64,000 nt of DNA from a virus: the IMG/VR virus record IMGVR_UViG_3300045988_101799. One strand, 5' to 3'. The stretch's first letter is position 1. Each line of letters starts with the position of its first letter. Shown here piece after piece: positions 38,983-49,920 of the stretch. The translations under genes were made by a program, and so were the position numbers. The notes under the pieces are model-generated. The model did not search any database. It worked only from the letters and a program-made list of their open reading frames with translations, and had not been told where the DNA came from.

Positions 38983-39012
38983 AATTCTTCGTTAAGAGTT
39001 TTAGTTAAAAGG

Positions 39013-39282
39013 TTATGCTCCAAAGCCAGAGGCGATAATAGAACCAATGTCGGCTCCTTCTGCCAGTTCTTCGGCTTCTTCGGTTTCGGTTTCCTGTTTG
39101 GGAGATTCGGTTTCTTCTTCTTCGGAGTTATCGTCACTATCATCGTCACCTATTTCTTGGTCCTCGATAGAAACAATCTCAATAGATTTGCCGTCATCTG
39201 AAACAACGCCAACTCCCATGAGCTGAACATCATCCCCCGGTTTAAGGTCTCCAAATTTTTCAGGGTCATACGTAATCTTCAT
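39013..39282 (-). CDS. small acidic protein
   Basis: 89 aa, with DDDSDDNSEEEETESPKQETETEEAEE. Confidence 0.45.
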   Translation of the reverse strand: MKITYDPEKFGDLKPGDDVQLMGVGVVSDDGKSIEIVSIEDQEIGDDDSDDNSEEEETESPKQETETEEAEELAEGADIGSIIASGFGA

Positions 39283-39299
39283 GCAGATAAAAAATTGAG

Positions 39300-39342
39300 G
39301 CGAACGGGTCCATCCCGCCCGCCTCGGTTTAAGAGTTATAGG
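39300..39342 (-). terminator. Rho-independent terminator after the major capsid gene
   Basis: On the minus strand GAGGCGGGCGGGATGGACCCGTTCGCCTC followed by AATTTTTTATC. Confidence 0.55.
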
Positions 39343-39349
39343 TTTAGGC

Positions 39350-40606
39350 TTAGAGGCCCGGCACTGCCGCGGGAGTACTTACCAGAGAGCCAACGGGCTT
39401 ACCGTCAGCACCAACGAGTTCGCGGCCAGCGGTCGTGCGAATGTGTCGGATGACTACACCGTGACGCGGGAAGACAGGCATCGGAGCGGCAGAAAGCGTC
39501 GCGATGAACATGCCCTGCGTACCCATGTAGTTATCGCCGTTGTCCTTGTTGTTCACCCAAACCAGCTCACCAGCGTAAGTCACGGGGTCCCACTTGGCCT
39601 GACCGTAGGAAGACACCGGACGAGGAACGAGGGACTTGTACACGTCCTTCACAAAGATAATCGTATCTTCGTAGGGGGCGTTCATGTACGCGGGGTTCGG
39701 CACATAGCGGTTACCAACAGTCGTTTCCACCTTGATATACTGGGGAACTTCCACCCACTTCTGACCAGTCGGCTTGGTGTCGTCGAAGGTGTAGCGGGGG
39801 TTCATGTTGTCCACGATGTAGGTAAAGCCCTTGTACGTCCACTTCACGCCCAGCTGACGCAGGAGGGTAGCATCCTTGCCTTCCGCGGCCTCTGCGAAGT
39901 TCCAGTCCTTGCGGATAACTTCGTTGTGACGCAGGATGAAGTCCACGGTGTCCTTCGAGGTGTAAGCCAAGAAGACAGGGGAACCTTGGTCCATCAGAGC
40001 GGCAGATTCGCCAGCACCTTCATTGATGAGCAACTGCCAAGCTTGGTTCATCAGGTCGTCGTTCAGAGCGGCTTCGGGCTTAACTTCCGGCATGGAGTTA
40101 ATATCGTTGCTCACGACATCGAGACCAACAACACCCGCCTTCGTGGGGATGAGTTTGTAGCTGGCGATGTTGATGTAGCTCTGACGATAGAAGCGAGACC
40201 AAGTATTACCGACGGCACGGACCAACTGCTTCACCGCATTCTCGGCCTGTTGCTTAGCTTGCCAAGACTGACGCATACGGAGTACGTCCAGTTTCTGGGA
40301 GGAAAGCCTCGTGATGAAGCGGCTGTAGGAGTATTCCGTAGCCCCCGTATCATTTACCGTAATCGGAATCTGGTTGGAGGTGGAAGCGAGGTTAATGTTC
40401 ATCCATTCGGCACGGGGGTCCGTAGCACCGAAGGTTGCGATGCGCCCGGAATCACCAACACCGTCAGTCCATTCTCCCGTCATAATCATCTGAGAGTTCC
40501 ACGGAGAAGTACGAGCAAAGGTGCTGAACATGTTGGCGTTAAGAAGGTTGGTCATCGTGACCAGCTTCAATTCTTGGGCCTGAATATCGTTAGGAGAAGT
40601 AGCCAT
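39350..40606 (-). CDS. major capsid protein (putative)
   Basis: 418-aa ORF immediately downstream of the scaffold gene and followed by a strong terminator; size and position typical of an HK97-fold MCP; no motif proof. Confidence 0.55.
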   Translation of the reverse strand: MATSPNDIQAQELKLVTMTNLLNANMFSTFARTSPWNSQMIMTGEWTDGVGDSGRIATFGATDPRAEWMNINLASTSNQIPITVNDTGATEYSYSRFITRLSSQKLDVLRMRQSWQAKQQAENAVKQLVRAVGNTWSRFYRQSYINIASYKLIPTKAGVVGLDVVSNDINSMPEVKPEAALNDDLMNQAWQLLINEGAGESAALMDQGSPVFLAYTSKDTVDFILRHNEVIRKDWNFAEAAEGKDATLLRQLGVKWTYKGFTYIVDNMNPRYTFDDTKPTGQKWVEVPQYIKVETTVGNRYVPNPAYMNAPYEDTIIFVKDVYKSLVPRPVSSYGQAKWDPVTYAGELVWVNNKDNGDNYMGTQGMFIATLSAAPMPVFPRHGVVIRHIRTTAGRELVGADGKPVGSLVSTPAAVPGL

Positions 40607-40818
40607 TTGTAAATTAAATTTGGTTTAATTTGCAACGCCTAGTTCTCTTTGGAAGATTTTGTTTTGGGGTCTTACGCGGTCATGGCAGGGTCAGGACCAA
40701 GAATTTTCACACCTGCATAAAGGTTTGTTTTGGTTTGCTCGCGGGAAAGCAAGAATGGGGCACCGCATTTGATGCCCCATTCTTGTCATAAAATTACCAG
40801 TATGTCAAGGAAAATTTA

Positions 40819-42039
40819 TTATAATCCGAAGGCACTACCAATAATGTCCCCGACTGCGGTCGGCCCGGCGGGTGGCTGGGTCTCCGGAGCTTTGGAGCTA
40901 CCACTGTTAGCGGAGGGGCGGGCCTTGCGGAGTTTGGCCACCTTCACGTTGAGAGCCTCGATTGTCGCGCGAGCATCTGCCAGTTCCTTGACCATGAGTT
41001 CGGCCAGTGCGCCGTCCATGAAGGAACCATTATTTATCTTGTGAGCAAGATGGCGGGCATGCTTCACATTCTCTTCGGTAATCTCCGTGGTCATGCCCAG
41101 TTCCTTGGCGCGTTCCTTCATCGCTTCCAACGTGTAGTTGTCGAGGTTGACGGTGTAGGTCCCGGCCTCCGACTTGCCGCCGCGGCTGGCTTTCAACTCT
41201 TCCACATACTTGTCGGCTTCGGCCTGATAGTTTCCGTGGGCGACAATGGCCGCGTCGCGGACCTTAGCCATGCGGACAAATTTGAACATGGCAGAATCGC
41301 TGATGCCCAGTTCCTTCCCAATGGCCTCATACGCTTCTTCCCGGTCGTACTCGTCGAGGTCGGGATTAAGGGCAACTTCATTCAGCTTGTCCATGTCGAG
41401 AGAGGCTCCGCTCGCGCGGGCAATCTCCGCAAGTTTGGCGTTAGCCTTATTGTACGGGGCAGTTACATTGGTCTTGTATTCTTCGGTTGCGGTGAAGGCA
41501 TAGCCGCGTACAATTTCTCGCAGAGATTCAAGCTCTTCATTGCTTGACGTGGACTTACCCGCTTCTTCCAGCTTGGCCTTCAAGTCCGCGATTTCTTTCT
41601 TCGCGCCCCTCAACTGGACGCGCATTTCAGCGAATGCCTTGCTCGCCGCCTTGCTGGCCCGTTGTTCCTTCGGCCCATCATCTTTCTTTTCTTCCTTCTT
41701 CTCTTCTTCGTTTTCTTCCTCTTCGTTTTCCCCCTCTTCGTTTTCCCCCTCTTCGTTCTGTTCTTCCTCGGTTTCCTCGGATTCCGTGTCATCCGTGGGA
41801 ACCGGGGTTCCCGTGGTATTGACTACTTCATCATCCGCGATGCGAGGCCCAGCATCTGGCATGACTACCGTACCATCCGGGGATTCAATGGGAGCCGTGG
41901 GGTTAGCGGGATTGGTGGGTTGAGTGGAATCCGTGGAATCCGGGGCGAACAGGGTCTGTTCAAAAATGCTATGTACGTCGTTGTGAATGGCACCACCTAT
42001 GATGCCCTCCGCTACTGCGGGAATATTTACATTATCCAT
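40819..42039 (-). CDS. scaffolding protein (putative)
   Basis: Acidic, coiled-coil-rich, with EENEEGENEEGENEEEENEEEKKEEKK; lies between the portal and MCP. Confidence 0.5.
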   Translation of the reverse strand: MDNVNIPAVAEGIIGGAIHNDVHSIFEQTLFAPDSTDSTQPTNPANPTAPIESPDGTVVMPDAGPRIADDEVVNTTGTPVPTDDTESEETEEEQNEEGENEEGENEEEENEEEKKEEKKDDGPKEQRASKAASKAFAEMRVQLRGAKKEIADLKAKLEEAGKSTSSNEELESLREIVRGYAFTATEEYKTNVTAPYNKANAKLAEIARASGASLDMDKLNEVALNPDLDEYDREEAYEAIGKELGISDSAMFKFVRMAKVRDAAIVAHGNYQAEADKYVEELKASRGGKSEAGTYTVNLDNYTLEAMKERAKELGMTTEITEENVKHARHLAHKINNGSFMDGALAELMVKELADARATIEALNVKVAKLRKARPSANSGSSKAPETQPPAGPTAVGDIIGSAFGL

Positions 42040-42046
42040 CTATGTA

Positions 42047-42364
42047 TTACTTGTTTGGTGAAAGTGAGTTAATCCAAGCGTTACGCTCGGTCATGGGATG
42101 ATTCATCATAGTTACCGGGGATTCGGTTTCTTCATTCTCTTCGGCCAGATTGAAGAGAGCGGCGATAACGGATTTAGCCCCAGCCGCGAAAGCTCCATTC
42201 AATGCGGCGGCTTCCATTGTGGGCTGTAATGTCGCATTGAGTTTTGACTGAACAATGCAGAGAGCTTCTTCCATTACCGGGTCATGCAGGAGTTCAGCAA
42301 GGCGGCCAGTCGCCGCCTTGTTGCTTTTGAACCCTTCGACAGTGTAGGTAGGAACTGCCTTCAT
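42047..42364 (-). CDS. hypothetical head-module protein
   Basis: 105-aa ORF overlapping the portal stop. Confidence 0.4.
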   Translation of the reverse strand: MKAVPTYTVEGFKSNKAATGRLAELLHDPVMEEALCIVQSKLNATLQPTMEAAALNGAFAAGAKSVIAALFNLAEENEETESPVTMMNHPMTERNAWINSLSPNK

Positions 42365-44631
42365 CGTGCACCTCCCAGCGATTGAGCCGCTTTAGCGTTG
42401 GCTTCTACGGCGTTACGAGTAATCTCGGCATCCTGCTTTTCCTTAGCCAACTGGATTTCAGCTTCCGTCTTCATGCGCTTCAATTCAATTTCGGCTTCGG
42501 CTTTCATCTGTTCAGGAGTAGGTCCTTCTTGAGGAGCCGCTTCTTCGTTCTGTTGCATCGCTTCCAAGGCCCGCATGCCGTTGGTAATAACCTCGTTGCA
42601 CCTCTTGACCAGTTTCTCGTACTGTTCAAATTCGGGGACAACTTCCTTGGCGGCCTGCAAATAGTCCATGTGTCCTGCCAACTGGGCGACCAGAAGCTGT
42701 AGCGGCTGGGCAAGCTGGGCCATCTCTTCGGGTTCCAGCTGTGCGTCCGGTAGCATGGACATGATGAAGTTGGCATGCACTTCCGCGTGCGTTCTGTGGT
42801 CCTCGTTCGGCATAACCGGAACTTCCTGCCCTGCCATGAGCTGGTTGTTCTGGATGGATGCGATAGAGGCGGCCACGGTTTCGGACGGGTTGGGGTCATC
42901 CTTCAACGGCATGAACAACTGCGCGGTGCGTCCATTCGTTTCGTTGGCAATGGCCATGCGGATGAGACGTTCCTGCCCAGCTCGTGGCATGAACTGCATG
43001 TAGTTGAGACACTGACGGAGAGCCATCGTGCGGCGAACCTTACTGCCCGCGCCAATGGGAGGAAGAGCGGTAACGCTGTCAAGGTCGATAGCGAAGAAGG
43101 CATCCCTTGGCACACCTGCTTCGTCCAGACGTTGGAGCATGCGTTCACGTTCCTTAAACCCGCCAATCCCTTCATCGTAGTCCTTGCGGATGATACGGCG
43201 AACGATTTCACGGAGAAGGATGGTCATGTGCTCCAAGAGCATATCCATGATGTTATTGCTGACCTTGCTCGCATTGCCCATACGGATTTCAGCTTCCAGC
43301 TGGGTGCGGCCCATGCCTCCATCAGCATTCACGTCAATCTCGCCCAAGCGTTCCCGGATTTGGTTCTGCAAGAATGCGAGGGGAGTTCCGGCAACCTGTT
43401 GCAGATTCGGCACGGGATTAGGAACCACTTGCGTTGACGGGTCCAAAATGGTATAGGCCCCCATCGGGTTCACCATTGCGGAGAGACGGGAGGTTTCATT
43501 GGTGGCAGAGACGTTTAACGCCATGCCGAGGAACGCCGCGTCCGTCGCTTGGTTCATCAACTTGTCAATGACACGAGTGTGAGGCAGAAGGTCATTGCCA
43601 TATCCGCGAAGGGCATGAATATCTCCATTGGTGCTACTGCCCAGCGGGAAGAGAATGAAGGCTTCTTCCATAGAGTTGTAGGCTCCTTCCTTGGTGTAGA
43701 GGAACTTGGTGTCATCTACATCGCGGTTCTGGTCACGCTTCACATCCTGACCATTGCCGCCGCTTCCGTTGACGAAGAAAATGGAATGAGTAACCGTACC
43801 GTTGAATTCGCGAACCCACATGTGGGCAATCGGAATACTGGTTCCAATTACGTCGGTCAGGGTGTAGTCTCCGTTTTTGAGCATCTTCTCGGTCTCCCAA
43901 GAGATACGCTGGGGCTGTACTGTCTGATTGTAACTACAGGTCTTCAACACCTTCATGACCTCTTCCACATCCCAGCCCGCTTCCCTTGCGGTCTGCGGGT
44001 CACGAATGAAATCGTAGAGTTCATGGGCACGAAGGGTACGAGTAGCAAACACAACCTCAAGGGTGCTACTGTCCGGCTTAACCTTTCGCTCGAAGGCAAA
44101 CTCGTTCAGACTACCTGCCTTGAAGTACCAAGTGTCAGGGTCCTCAAAGTAGGCAAGGCCGAAGCCGTGGAAGGAGAAGTTGTGAAGAAGGTCTGTCATG
44201 ATGGAAGTGAATCCCGGCATGGACTTGACCATCTTCGTCACCTCGGTGGAAAGGATGTCTGAATAAATGGGGCGACGAGCATTATCTCCGAAGGTGGTTT
44301 GCACCGAAACAAGTTCGGGGTTATCCCATACTTCGCGGAGGCTAGCCGCCACCTTTTCACGAACAATCCGCATCGTGCGGAAGTTGTAGTTGGTTCGATA
44401 ATTCTGACCAACTGCGGAAAGGGCCATTGGGTCATACGGGCGTTGTCCGTCCAGCTCTGCCTGTGCCTCTGTCCTCGCTTGCATGGATAGCTGGTCAGCG
44501 GTGAGGCAGAAGTAGAGCAAGGCGCGGGCTTGGTCAGCGGTCGGAACCCTTCGCTTGAGAAGAGTTCCGTTCTCGTCAACCACGCCGATAACCCCCGGAC
44601 CTACGGGAGCATTTGCGTCTGGTTTCGGCAT
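42361..44631 (-). CDS. portal protein (putative)
   Basis: 756 aa; position between the terminase region and the scaffold/MCP; size typical. Confidence 0.65.
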   Translation of the reverse strand: MPKPDANAPVGPGVIGVVDENGTLLKRRVPTADQARALLYFCLTADQLSMQARTEAQAELDGQRPYDPMALSAVGQNYRTNYNFRTMRIVREKVAASLREVWDNPELVSVQTTFGDNARRPIYSDILSTEVTKMVKSMPGFTSIMTDLLHNFSFHGFGLAYFEDPDTWYFKAGSLNEFAFERKVKPDSSTLEVVFATRTLRAHELYDFIRDPQTAREAGWDVEEVMKVLKTCSYNQTVQPQRISWETEKMLKNGDYTLTDVIGTSIPIAHMWVREFNGTVTHSIFFVNGSGGNGQDVKRDQNRDVDDTKFLYTKEGAYNSMEEAFILFPLGSSTNGDIHALRGYGNDLLPHTRVIDKLMNQATDAAFLGMALNVSATNETSRLSAMVNPMGAYTILDPSTQVVPNPVPNLQQVAGTPLAFLQNQIRERLGEIDVNADGGMGRTQLEAEIRMGNASKVSNNIMDMLLEHMTILLREIVRRIIRKDYDEGIGGFKERERMLQRLDEAGVPRDAFFAIDLDSVTALPPIGAGSKVRRTMALRQCLNYMQFMPRAGQERLIRMAIANETNGRTAQLFMPLKDDPNPSETVAASIASIQNNQLMAGQEVPVMPNEDHRTHAEVHANFIMSMLPDAQLEPEEMAQLAQPLQLLVAQLAGHMDYLQAAKEVVPEFEQYEKLVKRCNEVITNGMRALEAMQQNEEAAPQEGPTPEQMKAEAEIELKRMKTEAEIQLAKEKQDAEITRNAVEANAKAAQSLGGAR

Positions 44632-44636
44632 ATCTA

Positions 44637-45527
44637 CTATTTGTCAATTTCGTCTTTACCCTCAACCGCATCAGCCTTCATGGCTTTCTTGGTCTTGGGC
44701 TTCACAGGTGCAGGTGTAACAACTTTCGCGCTGGGTGTCAAGTCTTCTGCTTCACTTAAATCCTCGCGGGCTTTAGTTGCTCCACCTACTTGCTCGGACT
44801 GTCCCATCATATTGATAGATTCCGCTTTGATGCTGGCGATAGATACCTCGGCAGGGGTCGTTACCGTCACCTCGCCCAAAACTTGGGGAAGCTTAAAGTT
44901 GTCCGCGTCGGGGATTTCACCAACGGTGATGAGGTCGTCCCAGTTCTCCACGTTGAAGCACTTCTCGGTCAGCACCTTGTCAAGGAAGAGACGGAAATGC
45001 GGGGAGATGGTGACGTAGGGAACTCGCTGGGGATAGAGCTTCGCCATCTGGCTGGACATGACGAAGGTTCCGTCCACGGTGCGGGATTCGTAGGAACATT
45101 CGGTAGCGGGAACGGTGAAGTATTTACCCGCAATAACCGGAGCCTTCTTGCGATAGAACGTTGCATCCAGCGTATCAATCGCGCCGGGTTTAAACTTTTC
45201 ATTGCCGCGTTCGGAAACCCAAATGATAGCTCGTTCGTCCGGCGCGTTCTCGTAAGCCAGAGCCTGTTGCAGTCGGGCGAAGAGATGAGTAACGAGTGCG
45301 TAGCTACCCGTGACAGGGGTCAGCAACTCAATCGTGCGAAGGTCCCGGAACTGATTCTTCAAGATTTTAATCATGGGTTCAGCGGCGGCCTTGGCCCGGT
45401 AAGGGAGCAGGAGCCAAACATCGTGGTCGCCACGGCTGGAAGCCGCAACGCTGTCAATGAGGTTCTGTGCAATGTTCGCGCCGTTGATGAGGACGCGAGG
45501 TTCACAAGGGATTGCTATTGTAGCCAT
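44637..45527 (-). CDS. hypothetical protein
   Basis: 296-aa ORF. Confidence 0.45.
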   Translation of the reverse strand: MATIAIPCEPRVLINGANIAQNLIDSVAASSRGDHDVWLLLPYRAKAAAEPMIKILKNQFRDLRTIELLTPVTGSYALVTHLFARLQQALAYENAPDERAIIWVSERGNEKFKPGAIDTLDATFYRKKAPVIAGKYFTVPATECSYESRTVDGTFVMSSQMAKLYPQRVPYVTISPHFRLFLDKVLTEKCFNVENWDDLITVGEIPDADNFKLPQVLGEVTVTTPAEVSIASIKAESINMMGQSEQVGGATKAREDLSEAEDLTPSAKVVTPAPVKPKTKKAMKADAVEGKDEIDK

Positions 45528-45533
45528 TGTCGT

Positions 45534-46025
45534 TTATTTTGGTTTACTTGCTTTGAGGGCGCGGCGTTCAGCCTGTATGCCCAAGGATGTGTCCGCTTGA
45601 GGCGGCAGGATATTGAATGCCCATTCAGTTACCAACTGCTGGAAGAGATACCAGCGGAAGTAGAGCTGGGATTCGACGAGAGGCTCATACATTAGATAGG
45701 AGAAGAAGGGGTACTTTCGAGGACTGCCCGGAGTTAGCGTGAGGGGTCTAACGAGTGGGGTTTCCGTACTATTCGAGAATATCTTTGTCCGAAAGTATTT
45801 AGGACGCACTCCATATATGGGGTCAACATCCTTAAAGGCCATCACGTGTGTAGGGTTCGCCCGGTCAGGGTAGGGGTGCATGACCTCGCCACGTGTAGGC
45901 GCAAGCCTCGCGGACTTCCCGTTCACCCACGCAAGGTAGTAGGCACGGTATCTCCATGCTTTTCCCCACACCTCCTTATCCTGTGCTACCTCATGGAAGA
46001 TAGCCGCGTTCTCACTTATCGCCAT
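45534..46025 (-). CDS. hypothetical protein
   Basis: 163-aa ORF. Confidence 0.4.
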   Translation of the reverse strand: MAISENAAIFHEVAQDKEVWGKAWRYRAYYLAWVNGKSARLAPTRGEVMHPYPDRANPTHVMAFKDVDPIYGVRPKYFRTKIFSNSTETPLVRPLTLTPGSPRKYPFFSYLMYEPLVESQLYFRWYLFQQLVTEWAFNILPPQADTSLGIQAERRALKASKPK

Positions 46026-46776
46026 TGTCGGACGTGGGTTTCAGGTTTTTATCCTCTTGTGCGTCTGCAAGGTAGTTGACGAAGTTAATGAAGGTAGCCG
46101 CGTCAAATTCGGGCAGTTCGTTCTTGTAACTGGCATACGCGCTTGTATTCGCCATCGGGATTGCGGGCCAAGGTTTATATTCCTTGGTCAGCTTCTCGGC
46201 AATACTGCGTAAGAACTGACTATATTCCTCCGACGGTGCGATGAGGGAAAGGAAGACGTCCACCCCGTCAGGGCTACCGGAGGTCTCTACCTCCCTGTCA
46301 AACGTCAGCGGGTCGTCCGCGTACTCGACATGGGAGAGCTTGGCATTGTACTTGTTCGTTCTCTTGACGGTCTTCTTGTACTTCTTCGCGTGTTCGCGAA
46401 GCTTGTCAAGGTCATCGAGCCACAGAGGAACCTGTTGCCACCATGAACGCATAGCTTCTACCCGCAAGCGGATAAGATAGGATGAGCGCATGATTTGGGT
46501 CAGGCATCCACAATGATGTTGCTTGCGCGTTAATTGCAGACGGTTCATCGTGACTACATTCCCACATGCACATTGCGCGACATACGGATATCGGACATCG
46601 TGAGAGTACCCGATAACTGTTAGAATCCCTTGGGTATGACCAACAGGCAACGGTTCATCATCCGTTCCCATATAATCGGGGAACGTTTCTGGGGTCTTCA
46701 CTTCCTCCGGCAAACCCATAAGGGCTACCGGGGTCCAACGACGGAATACTTCTTGGATTGATTCGGGTTTGGACAT
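46012..46776 (-). CDS. hypothetical protein, possible HNH-like Zn motif
   Basis: CACGNVVTMNRLQLTRKQHHCGC loosely fits C..C...N...H..C..C; weak. Confidence 0.4.
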   Translation of the reverse strand: MSKPESIQEVFRRWTPVALMGLPEEVKTPETFPDYMGTDDEPLPVGHTQGILTVIGYSHDVRYPYVAQCACGNVVTMNRLQLTRKQHHCGCLTQIMRSSYLIRLRVEAMRSWWQQVPLWLDDLDKLREHAKKYKKTVKRTNKYNAKLSHVEYADDPLTFDREVETSGSPDGVDVFLSLIAPSEEYSQFLRSIAEKLTKEYKPWPAIPMANTSAYASYKNELPEFDAATFINFVNYLADAQEDKNLKPTSDNGDK

Positions 46777-46812
46777 GGTCCCACTATACGCGAATGGACG
46801 ACGTTGTCAATG

Positions 46813-47481
46813 TTATTTTTCGTCAGCTTCGGGCTTTTCGCCCTTCTTCTTGAGCTTCAAGGTGATGGTACGGGCCGCGCTTCCTTCTTCCAGTTCGGGA
46901 CGGGTTCCGTCCTTGTTCAGAGTTACTGGTCCACCCTGCAATCCCATCTGTGTCACTATCTCGGTTTGTTCCAGCTCGAACTGCTGGATGACCTGTGACA
47001 GTAGGTCCATGTCGCGCTTCGCAATCGCTTCGTTAAACTTCTCCCACAGACCGTGGCTTCGCTCCATGATAGAGAGGAAGAGAGGTACATCCTTAATTGA
47101 TTGTATCTCTGCGTCGGCCATGAAGGAAGCGACACGGGAGAATCCACTGTTCATCAGTTCTTTGTACTGGCTACTCATGGATTCAACGATGTCAAGCTCT
47201 ATCTTCGTCCTCGCCTCTTGGCGTTGGAGGATGCGTGCCTGTGTGTTCTGTGTGTACGTATTGAGAAGTTCATTGCGGATAGCCAGTTCCTCCTTCGAGA
47301 GTTGGACGCTATCAACAATCTTATCAACACGTTCACGGGGGAGGCCAGTAACTTCCGAGATGACAGGAACCGGGGTCCCTGCCTTGTACATCTCAATGGC
47401 CTTCCTTATAACGGTGTTCTCGTTAGTGATTGGTTTGGGGGCGGCTATCTTTGCGGCGGCTCTTAAATCCATCAGTTCCAA
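46813..47481 (-). CDS. HTH-containing protein adjacent to TerL (small terminase subunit candidate)
   Basis: 222 aa; N-terminal HTH-like AGTPVPVISEVTGLPRERVDKIV; overlaps the TerL stop. Confidence 0.4.
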   Translation of the reverse strand: MELMDLRAAAKIAAPKPITNENTVIRKAIEMYKAGTPVPVISEVTGLPRERVDKIVDSVQLSKEELAIRNELLNTYTQNTQARILQRQEARTKIELDIVESMSSQYKELMNSGFSRVASFMADAEIQSIKDVPLFLSIMERSHGLWEKFNEAIAKRDMDLLSQVIQQFELEQTEIVTQMGLQGGPVTLNKDGTRPELEEGSAARTITLKLKKKGEKPEADEK

Positions 47482-49316
47482 AGGGTTTGCATTGCGGCGG
47501 TTACGTCGGAGGCAAAGGTGTCGCGGGCAGGAGCGGAGGCAGGAGCGGGGGCATTGCCTCCGACGAAGCCTCCGAGGTACCTGCCAATGTCTGCGGCTTC
47601 GATGTACGCAGTCCCGTCTTCGCGATATTTGATTACCTCTTGATGTTCTACCACCTTATGGTTCTGAATGTCAAGCCTAATCTTACCGAACTCCGGCCCC
47701 ATGATTCCCCGGCACACGTGCACCAATAGTGCTAGTGCGTCCGCGTTGTCCGGGGATTTATGAATCCGCTTCTTCATGGCCGCCTTGGGTTCCACGGCAA
47801 TTCGGGTTCCATTCATGGTGTAGAGCCGGGATTTAAGCTCGACGATAGTTGTCGGGTCGAGGCCATAAAGTTGGCGAGCGTTGATTGCCAGTTTCATACA
47901 TCCCCAAAGCTCGGAGACCTTGTTGCTATATTGCTGACATGCCTCCTGATTCTGCAACAGGCCAATGGGCACTTTGCTCGCCATACCCGCGAAGCTGACC
48001 GTCTGGAAGTCTGTGCCGACATGCTGGGCGAGGATGTCGATGAAACCAGTACCTCCGGTTACGTCCACGGCAAGGTACTTACTTTCAACCCCGTTGGCCC
48101 GGAGAATCTCTCCAACTTGCTGGGCGATGTCGAAGTTTCGTTGCTTCATCCGTTCCTTGTCGGACGTAGACTTCAACAAATAGGTACGGAAGACTGCACA
48201 AGCCCAAAGCCCTTCAACCGTTCGTCCGACTTTGGCGAGTTTAAGGCAGGACTGGTCGCCGCCGTTGGTGTAGGCAGGGTCCAATCCTGCGATGGTAATC
48301 AACTCGCCGTCTCCCCAGACGGGCATGGCATCCGCGCCACTGCCGTAAATTTCAGCCTCCGACATTAGTGAACCTTCTTCCGTATCATCTGAAAAGGTAG
48401 CCCGGTGGAACCGCATCACGAACGGACTATTCTCCCCGTACTGTTCAATCGTTTGCTGAACGATGTTCAACGGGGTGTAGAAGCTCCAATCCTCGCGGCC
48501 ATATTTGATGCGGGGGTTTTGAGTGTTATCGAAGCGGATGTAAATCCCGTCCTTGGTCTCCCATTCATATTCCTCAAAGATGTCAACGCTGTTCCACCCA
48601 TCCTTGGGCATAGCCATAACACCAAAGGCATCGGTGCGGCTCTTGGGGTTAGAGGCGGCCATCAGGGTAGGCGGCGTGTCCGCTCTGTTGGTGATGAGGT
48701 TGGTACGCCACACCTCGACGAGTTCAATCGGCAATTCGGAAAGCTCGTCATAAAATACGTGCATGTTCTTTGCCTTAATACCGATAAATCGGCTACTGGG
48801 GTCGCCGACGTTCGCGCAGGGGATAATGGAGATGCCGCGGGAATCATCAATATCTCCGTCCTCGTTCACGCCTTTAATCTGTCCCTTACCATCAACGAGC
48901 TTACCCGGAAATTCCTTGCGCCACAACCGTTTAATATCCTTGAAGATACGTTTCTTCGCACCCTCAATAGTAGTCGATGTGACTAGGCAAAGAGTATCGA
49001 CGGGGTCGGCCAGATAGAAGAGCGTCGCCATGATAGCCATAGATAATGACTTCCCAGAGGACGAGCCTCCACCCATGATGACCACATCATATTTGCACGC
49101 GGTTTCAATCATCCGTTCAATCCACGGTGTCCAGATAATGGGAGTAGGACTGCCCTTGTAATTCCACAGGAGATTGATGGCGTTCTTAGCGTGTCCATAC
49201 CTGCCCAGCCCTCCCTTCTCTTCGGGCCATGCGTATTTGAAGCACCAGAGTTCGATGTCCAATTCCGAAACTCCGTACTCCCATTGTCGTCCATAGCGGG
49301 TAAAGTGTCGTGCCAT
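47472..49316 (-). CDS. terL: terminase large subunit
   Basis: Walker A VIMGGGSSSGKS; ATPase plus C-terminal nuclease-domain length (614 aa). Confidence 0.85.
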   Translation of the reverse strand: MARHFTRYGRQWEYGVSELDIELWCFKYAWPEEKGGLGRYGHAKNAINLLWNYKGSPTPIIWTPWIERMIETACKYDVVIMGGGSSSGKSLSMAIMATLFYLADPVDTLCLVTSTTIEGAKKRIFKDIKRLWRKEFPGKLVDGKGQIKGVNEDGDIDDSRGISIIPCANVGDPSSRFIGIKAKNMHVFYDELSELPIELVEVWRTNLITNRADTPPTLMAASNPKSRTDAFGVMAMPKDGWNSVDIFEEYEWETKDGIYIRFDNTQNPRIKYGREDWSFYTPLNIVQQTIEQYGENSPFVMRFHRATFSDDTEEGSLMSEAEIYGSGADAMPVWGDGELITIAGLDPAYTNGGDQSCLKLAKVGRTVEGLWACAVFRTYLLKSTSDKERMKQRNFDIAQQVGEILRANGVESKYLAVDVTGGTGFIDILAQHVGTDFQTVSFAGMASKVPIGLLQNQEACQQYSNKVSELWGCMKLAINARQLYGLDPTTIVELKSRLYTMNGTRIAVEPKAAMKKRIHKSPDNADALALLVHVCRGIMGPEFGKIRLDIQNHKVVEHQEVIKYREDGTAYIEAADIGRYLGGFVGGNAPAPASAPARDTFASDVTAAMQTLWN

Positions 49317-49317
49317 G

Positions 49318-49833
49318 CTATATCCTTTCTATATCCCAGTTGTCGAGGGTCAGTGTGTGGTCGTCGTTCAGTTCCCGGTACGCGTACAATAGAATGAGAA
49401 GAGCGTCCGCGTTCTGCAATGTCACCTTCGCGCCGGGGAAGTTCTCCATTGCGATGCGCTTCAAGTTATTCTTCCACTTGGTCCGGTCCCTTGCGGTTAG
49501 TCCCGTATCATACGCGCCCATAGCCCGCATCCATACGATTGGGGAAACCTTTGTGACAGTGTACCCCGCCGCCGCGGCATAACCGAGGACCTTCCCGGTT
49601 GCCTCTCCCAATATGCCACTACTTCTCGGATTGGACACCTTGCCGCCTCCGCTCATGGCATAGCTCATCTTCTCAATGTACATGATACGATGACGGCTAC
49701 GTGGCAGTTTGTTCAATATGATTTCCAGTTCCCTTTCGTCCTCTGGCATGTGCTTTATCCAGATTTTCTTGCTCCGGGTGTCCGCGAGTACAAGGGCACC
49801 GTGGGTTCCGGGGTCAACTCCTACTAGTTGCAT
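49318..49833 (-). CDS. RuvC-like Holliday junction resolvase
   Basis: N-terminal VGVDPGTHGALVL (RuvC GxDPG motif); size 171 aa. Confidence 0.7.
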   Translation of the reverse strand: MQLVGVDPGTHGALVLADTRSKKIWIKHMPEDERELEIILNKLPRSRHRIMYIEKMSYAMSGGGKVSNPRSSGILGEATGKVLGYAAAAGYTVTKVSPIVWMRAMGAYDTGLTARDRTKWKNNLKRIAMENFPGAKVTLQNADALLILLYAYRELNDDHTLTLDNWDIERI

Positions 49834-49879
49834 AGGAGAATATATCCCACAAAGTCCAGAAGGTCAAGCACAAAAATAA

Positions 49880-49920
49880 GACGGCCACCATAGCGTACTA
49901 TGATGGCCGAATGGAACGTG
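49880..49920 (-). terminator. Rho-independent terminator (minus strand)
   Basis: GGCCATCATAG-tacg-CTATGGTGGCC followed by GTCTTATTTTTGTG on the minus strand. Confidence 0.5.
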